From Planctomycetota bacterium (lineage in GTDB: Bacteria > Planctomycetota > UBA1135 > UBA2386): a stretch of 64,000 nucleotides of DNA. Of this stretch, positions 61,097 through 64,000 are shown piece after piece. Location: contig OZ245838.1 of the NCBI GenBank assembly GCA_965228735.1, positions 6,656,001-6,720,000 on the forward strand, read 5' to 3'. The notes below the pieces were generated by a model. The model had not been told where the DNA came from and made no database searches. It saw only the letters and a list, made by a program, of their open reading frames with translations. The position numbers were made by a program, and so were the translations under genes. Positions within the stretch are counted from its first letter, which is position 1, and the number at the start of each line of letters is the position of its first letter.

Positions 61097-62527
61097 TCAG
61101 GGGAGTTGGGTCAGGAGCGTCGTGTTGTCCGGGGTCTGGCGCAGGAGGTCGACGACGTGGTCGAGGCGTTGGCGTGAGGTGAGGGGGGCGAGGTGCTCGC
61201 GCAGGCGGCGGAGGGCCTGGATCTGGGATTCGGGGAGCAGGGTGTCTTCGCGGCGGGTGCCCGTGCGGAGGACGTCGAGGGCCGGGGCGACGTGTTGGTC
61301 GGCGAGGTCGCGGTCGAGGACGATGTCGCTGTTGCCGCGGTTGTGGAACTCGTCGAGGATCGCGGTGTCGAGGCGCGAGTCGGCGTCGGTGATCGCCGTC
61401 GCGATGAGCGTGAGGGAGCCGCCCTCTTCGCACTTGCGCGCCGCGCCGAACAGGCGTTTGGGCCGCAGCACGGCACCGGCGTCGAGGCCGACGCAGATGA
61501 GGCGGCCGGTCGGGATGATCTCGAGGTTGAGGGCGCGGACGTAGGCGGTCAGCGAGTCGAACAGCAGAACGACGTCCTCGCCCGCCTCGACCATGCGCTG
61601 GGCGCGCGCGAGCGTCATGTCGGCGAGCGCGACATGGCGCGCCGGCGGTTGCTCGAACGTCGTCGCGACGATGTCGGCGTCGCCGCTGCCCGCCGCGTGA
61701 ATGCGGCGCCGGATACCCGTCAGTTCCTCGGGCCGCTCGTCCAGCAGGCACATGTGGACGAACAGGTCCGGGTGATTGAGCCGCAGCGCCACGGCGATCT
61801 CCTCGAGCAATCGGGTGCGGCCGGAGCCGGGCGGCGCGGCGATGAGGACGCGCTGGCCGAGCCCCCAGGGCGCGAGCAGGTCGATCGCGCGCAGGGCCAG
61901 CGACGCGTTCTCGTGGTCCAGCCGCAGGCGGTCGGTCGGCAGGATCGGCGTGCGAGCGCCGAATGGCACGCGCCGGCGCTGCGTCGCGATGTCGCCGCCA
62001 TTGACCGAGTCGACGTGCAGCAGCGCGAAGAAGTTCTCACCCCGCCGCGGCGGCCGCACTGGGCCAGCCAGTCGATGCCCGCTCTTGAGGTTGAGGCGGC
62101 GCACCTGACTCGGGCTCACGTAGACGTCGTCGGGACCGGGCTCGAAGTCGTTGCGGATCGAACGCAAGAATCCGAAGCCGTCGGGGAGCACGTCGAGGAC
62201 GCCCTCGGCCCAGCCGAGTCCCGAGCGCTCGAAGCGGTGCTGCAGGATCGCGAACACGAGCTCGCTCTTGCCGAGGTTGGGAACGACGTCGAGGCCTTCG
62301 TCGTGCGCGAGGTCGAGCAGTTCTTTGGCGGAACGCGCCTGCAGCGCGGTGATGTCGCCGCCGTGGTCCCGCCGCGCCTGCTTCAGCAGTTCTTCGCGCT
62401 CCTCGGCGCTCATGGTCTCCAGGTCCGTCCCGTCGGATCGGCCAGCCGCCGGCTGCCCGTCGGCCTGCGGCCCGCTCGCACGGGACCCTTCTCGGCGCGG
62501 GGCGGGGTTGCGGGACGAGTCGTGCAC
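61097..62527 (-). CDS. rho: Transcription termination factor Rho homolog with degenerate ATPase motifs
   Basis: EGVLDVLPDGFGFLRS, YVSPSQVRR, DERPEE, KRLFGAAR, GGSLT, GTRRE; start could be ATG 62413. Confidence 0.9.
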   Translation of the reverse strand: MHDSSRNPAPRREGSRASGPQADGQPAAGRSDGTDLETMSAEEREELLKQARRDHGGDITALQARSAKELLDLAHDEGLDVVPNLGKSELVFAILQHRFERSGLGWAEGVLDVLPDGFGFLRSIRNDFEPGPDDVYVSPSQVRRLNLKSGHRLAGPVRPPRRGENFFALLHVDSVNGGDIATQRRRVPFGARTPILPTDRLRLDHENASLALRAIDLLAPWGLGQRVLIAAPPGSGRTRLLEEIAVALRLNHPDLFVHMCLLDERPEELTGIRRRIHAAGSGDADIVATTFEQPPARHVALADMTLARAQRMVEAGEDVVLLFDSLTAYVRALNLEIIPTGRLICVGLDAGAVLRPKRLFGAARKCEEGGSLTLIATAITDADSRLDTAILDEFHNRGNSDIVLDRDLADQHVAPALDVLRTGTRREDTLLPESQIQALRRLREHLAPLTSRQRLDHVVDLLRQTPDNTTLLTQLP

Positions 62528-62563
62528 GGGATCGCCGGGAAGTGGCCGAGGAGGAGCGCCGCA

Positions 62564-63229
62564 TCAGCCCGCGCCGGTTGCGGCCAGCTCGTCGAGCACG
62601 GCCGCGACCTGCTGCGCGGTGACCGTGAGGTCGCCATCGTTCTGGATGGTATGGCGCGCGTGCGCCTTTTTCACCGCGAGGTCGACCTGCGCGGCTTCGC
62701 GGCGCGCGAGCTCGCCGTCGCTCCAGCCGCGCGCCGCGGCCCGTTCTCGCCGCGTGGCCGCACTCGCATCGACGAACACCGTGACGTCGCAGAACTCGAC
62801 GAGACCGGTCTCGTGCATCAGCGGGGCATCGAGGAGAACGGAGTGACCGGCGGCCTTCGCAGCGTGGAGGTCCGCGAGGATCCGGGCCCGGATCGGCGGG
62901 TGCAGGATGGCCTCGAGGCGGGCGCGGCGGTCCGGCGCGGGGAAGACCACGTCGGCCAGCGCCTGGCGGTCGAGGGCCTGCCCGCTGGCGTCCAGGACGT
63001 CCGGGCCGAACTCCGAGCGCACCGCGGCGACGATCTCGGGGGTCCCGGCGACCTCCCGGGCGACCGCGTCGGCGTCCACCGGCACCAGCCCGTGGCCGCA
63101 AAAAAGCTCCGCCACGGTGGATTTCCCCGCGGCTACGCCGCCCGTGATACCGACGACAACGGGCCGCGCGGGCCGGAAAGGCGGCCCGGCCCTGGGGTCT
63201 TGCGGGGGCTTCCGCGCCATGTCGGCCAT
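62564..63229 (-). CDS. coaE: Dephospho-CoA kinase
   Basis: GITGGVAAGKS, DAD, LDRQAL, LEAILHP, DAPLMHE. Confidence 0.95.
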   Translation of the reverse strand: MADMARKPPQDPRAGPPFRPARPVVVGITGGVAAGKSTVAELFCGHGLVPVDADAVAREVAGTPEIVAAVRSEFGPDVLDASGQALDRQALADVVFPAPDRRARLEAILHPPIRARILADLHAAKAAGHSVLLDAPLMHETGLVEFCDVTVFVDASAATRRERAAARGWSDGELARREAAQVDLAVKKAHARHTIQNDGDLTVTAQQVAAVLDELAATGAG

Positions 63230-63275
63230 CCTGGGGTAGTCTATGGACGATGGCAAGTCGAAGCGAGGCGCCGCC

Positions 63276-63305
63276 TTGACCGAGACTCGCCTGCCTACCT
63301 AAGAT
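63276..63305 (+). promoter_or_regulatory. Putative sigma70 promoter
   Basis: TTGACC, 18 nt, TAAGAT. Confidence 0.55.
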
Positions 63306-63416
63306 CCCGTCCCTCGCGAACCTCGGGTTTCGGCCCGGTCCGGCGTGCCCTCGCCCGGATGCGCGATTCCCTCTCCGTCCGAATCCCGACAGACCCCACC
63401 CTTGGAGCACGTTCCA

Positions 63417-64000
63417 ATGCAAACCCGCCAGAGCGGTGCCGCCCACGTCCCGATCATGTTCTTCCTCATTCTCCTGGTGATCTTCCTGGGGACGTTGGGG
63501 TTCGCCTACGTGACGCTGACCGAGAACGGCGAGCTGATCCAGGAGCGCGATGAAGCCGTCGCCCTCGCCGACGCCGAGAAGGCCAAGGCGCTGCTCGTCG
63601 AGCACTACATCGCCGACATCGGTGCGAAGGTCGGGATCCCGGCTTCCGAGTACCAGGGCCGCGCCGGGAGCTCCGGGCTCTACAACGGCAACACGCTGAC
63701 CAGCGAAGGCGTGATGGACCCGGACGCGATCAAGGCGGCGATCGACAAGGCCTGCCAGGACGCCGGCGTGTCGGTCGGCATCGGCCTGCCGAACGTCCTC
63801 AACTCGATGGTCACGAAGATCAGTCAGCTCGAGCAGGCGGCCAAGGACGCCCGCGCGGAGCGCGACGCGATCACTGCGAAGAACGCGCAGCTGCAGAGCA
63901 GCTTCAGCACGGCGACCGCGGACGCCGCGGCGAAGGGTCGTGACTTCGACCAGTCGCTCGAGACCGCGCGTTCGACGTTCGCCGCCGACGTGCAGCGTCG
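63417..64000 (+). CDS. Membrane-anchored coiled-coil protein, runs off the window end
   Basis: Manual translation MQTRQSGAAHVPIMFFLILLVIFLGTLGFAYV... open to the edge; GGAG SD upstream; absent from the ORF track because it has no stop. Confidence 0.8.
   Translation, partial: MQTRQSGAAHVPIMFFLILLVIFLGTLGFAYVTLTENGELIQERDEAVALADAEKAKALLVEHYIADIGAKVGIPASEYQGRAGSSGLYNGNTLTSEGVMDPDAIKAAIDKACQDAGVSVGIGLPNVLNSMVTKISQLEQAAKDARAERDAITAKNAQLQSSFSTATADAAAKGRDFDQSLETARSTFAADVQR

Overview
Very GC-rich, gene-dense bacterial chromosome segment, most likely Planctomycetota (DUF1549/DUF1553 + DUF1501 pair, many secreted hydrolases). About 53 real CDSs; most long ORFs in the six-frame track are shadow ORFs. 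Content: housekeeping genes (leuB-like dehydrogenase, purA-uppS-cdsA-phoH-ybeY, FliA/WhiG sigma, lysA, glpK, lon, nth, coaE, a degenerate rho), a sigma-54 activator next to its apparent target promoter, secreted M12B, M14 and CHRD proteins, two TMTC-like TPR membrane proteins, heptose genes and a glycosyltransferase cluster. Main non-obvious signals: (1) a REP-associated Y1/HUH transposase (59991-61019) flanked by a 28-bp GTAC-core repeat family that recurs in two distant convergent intergenic gaps; (2) a candidate ncRNA (18911-19264) with two 102-nt three-way junctions that keep the same fold and a 12-nt loop motif despite different stem sequences; (3) an exported thioredoxin/MsrA-like selenoprotein with two in-frame UGA codons, split by the ORF track; (4) a C-terminal domain shared by three unrelated secreted proteins, plus Gln at +1 in all 11 predicted Sec substrates; (5) widespread leaderless-type promoters. 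No rRNA, tRNA or CRISPR array seen. All calls are by eye; no database searches were run.
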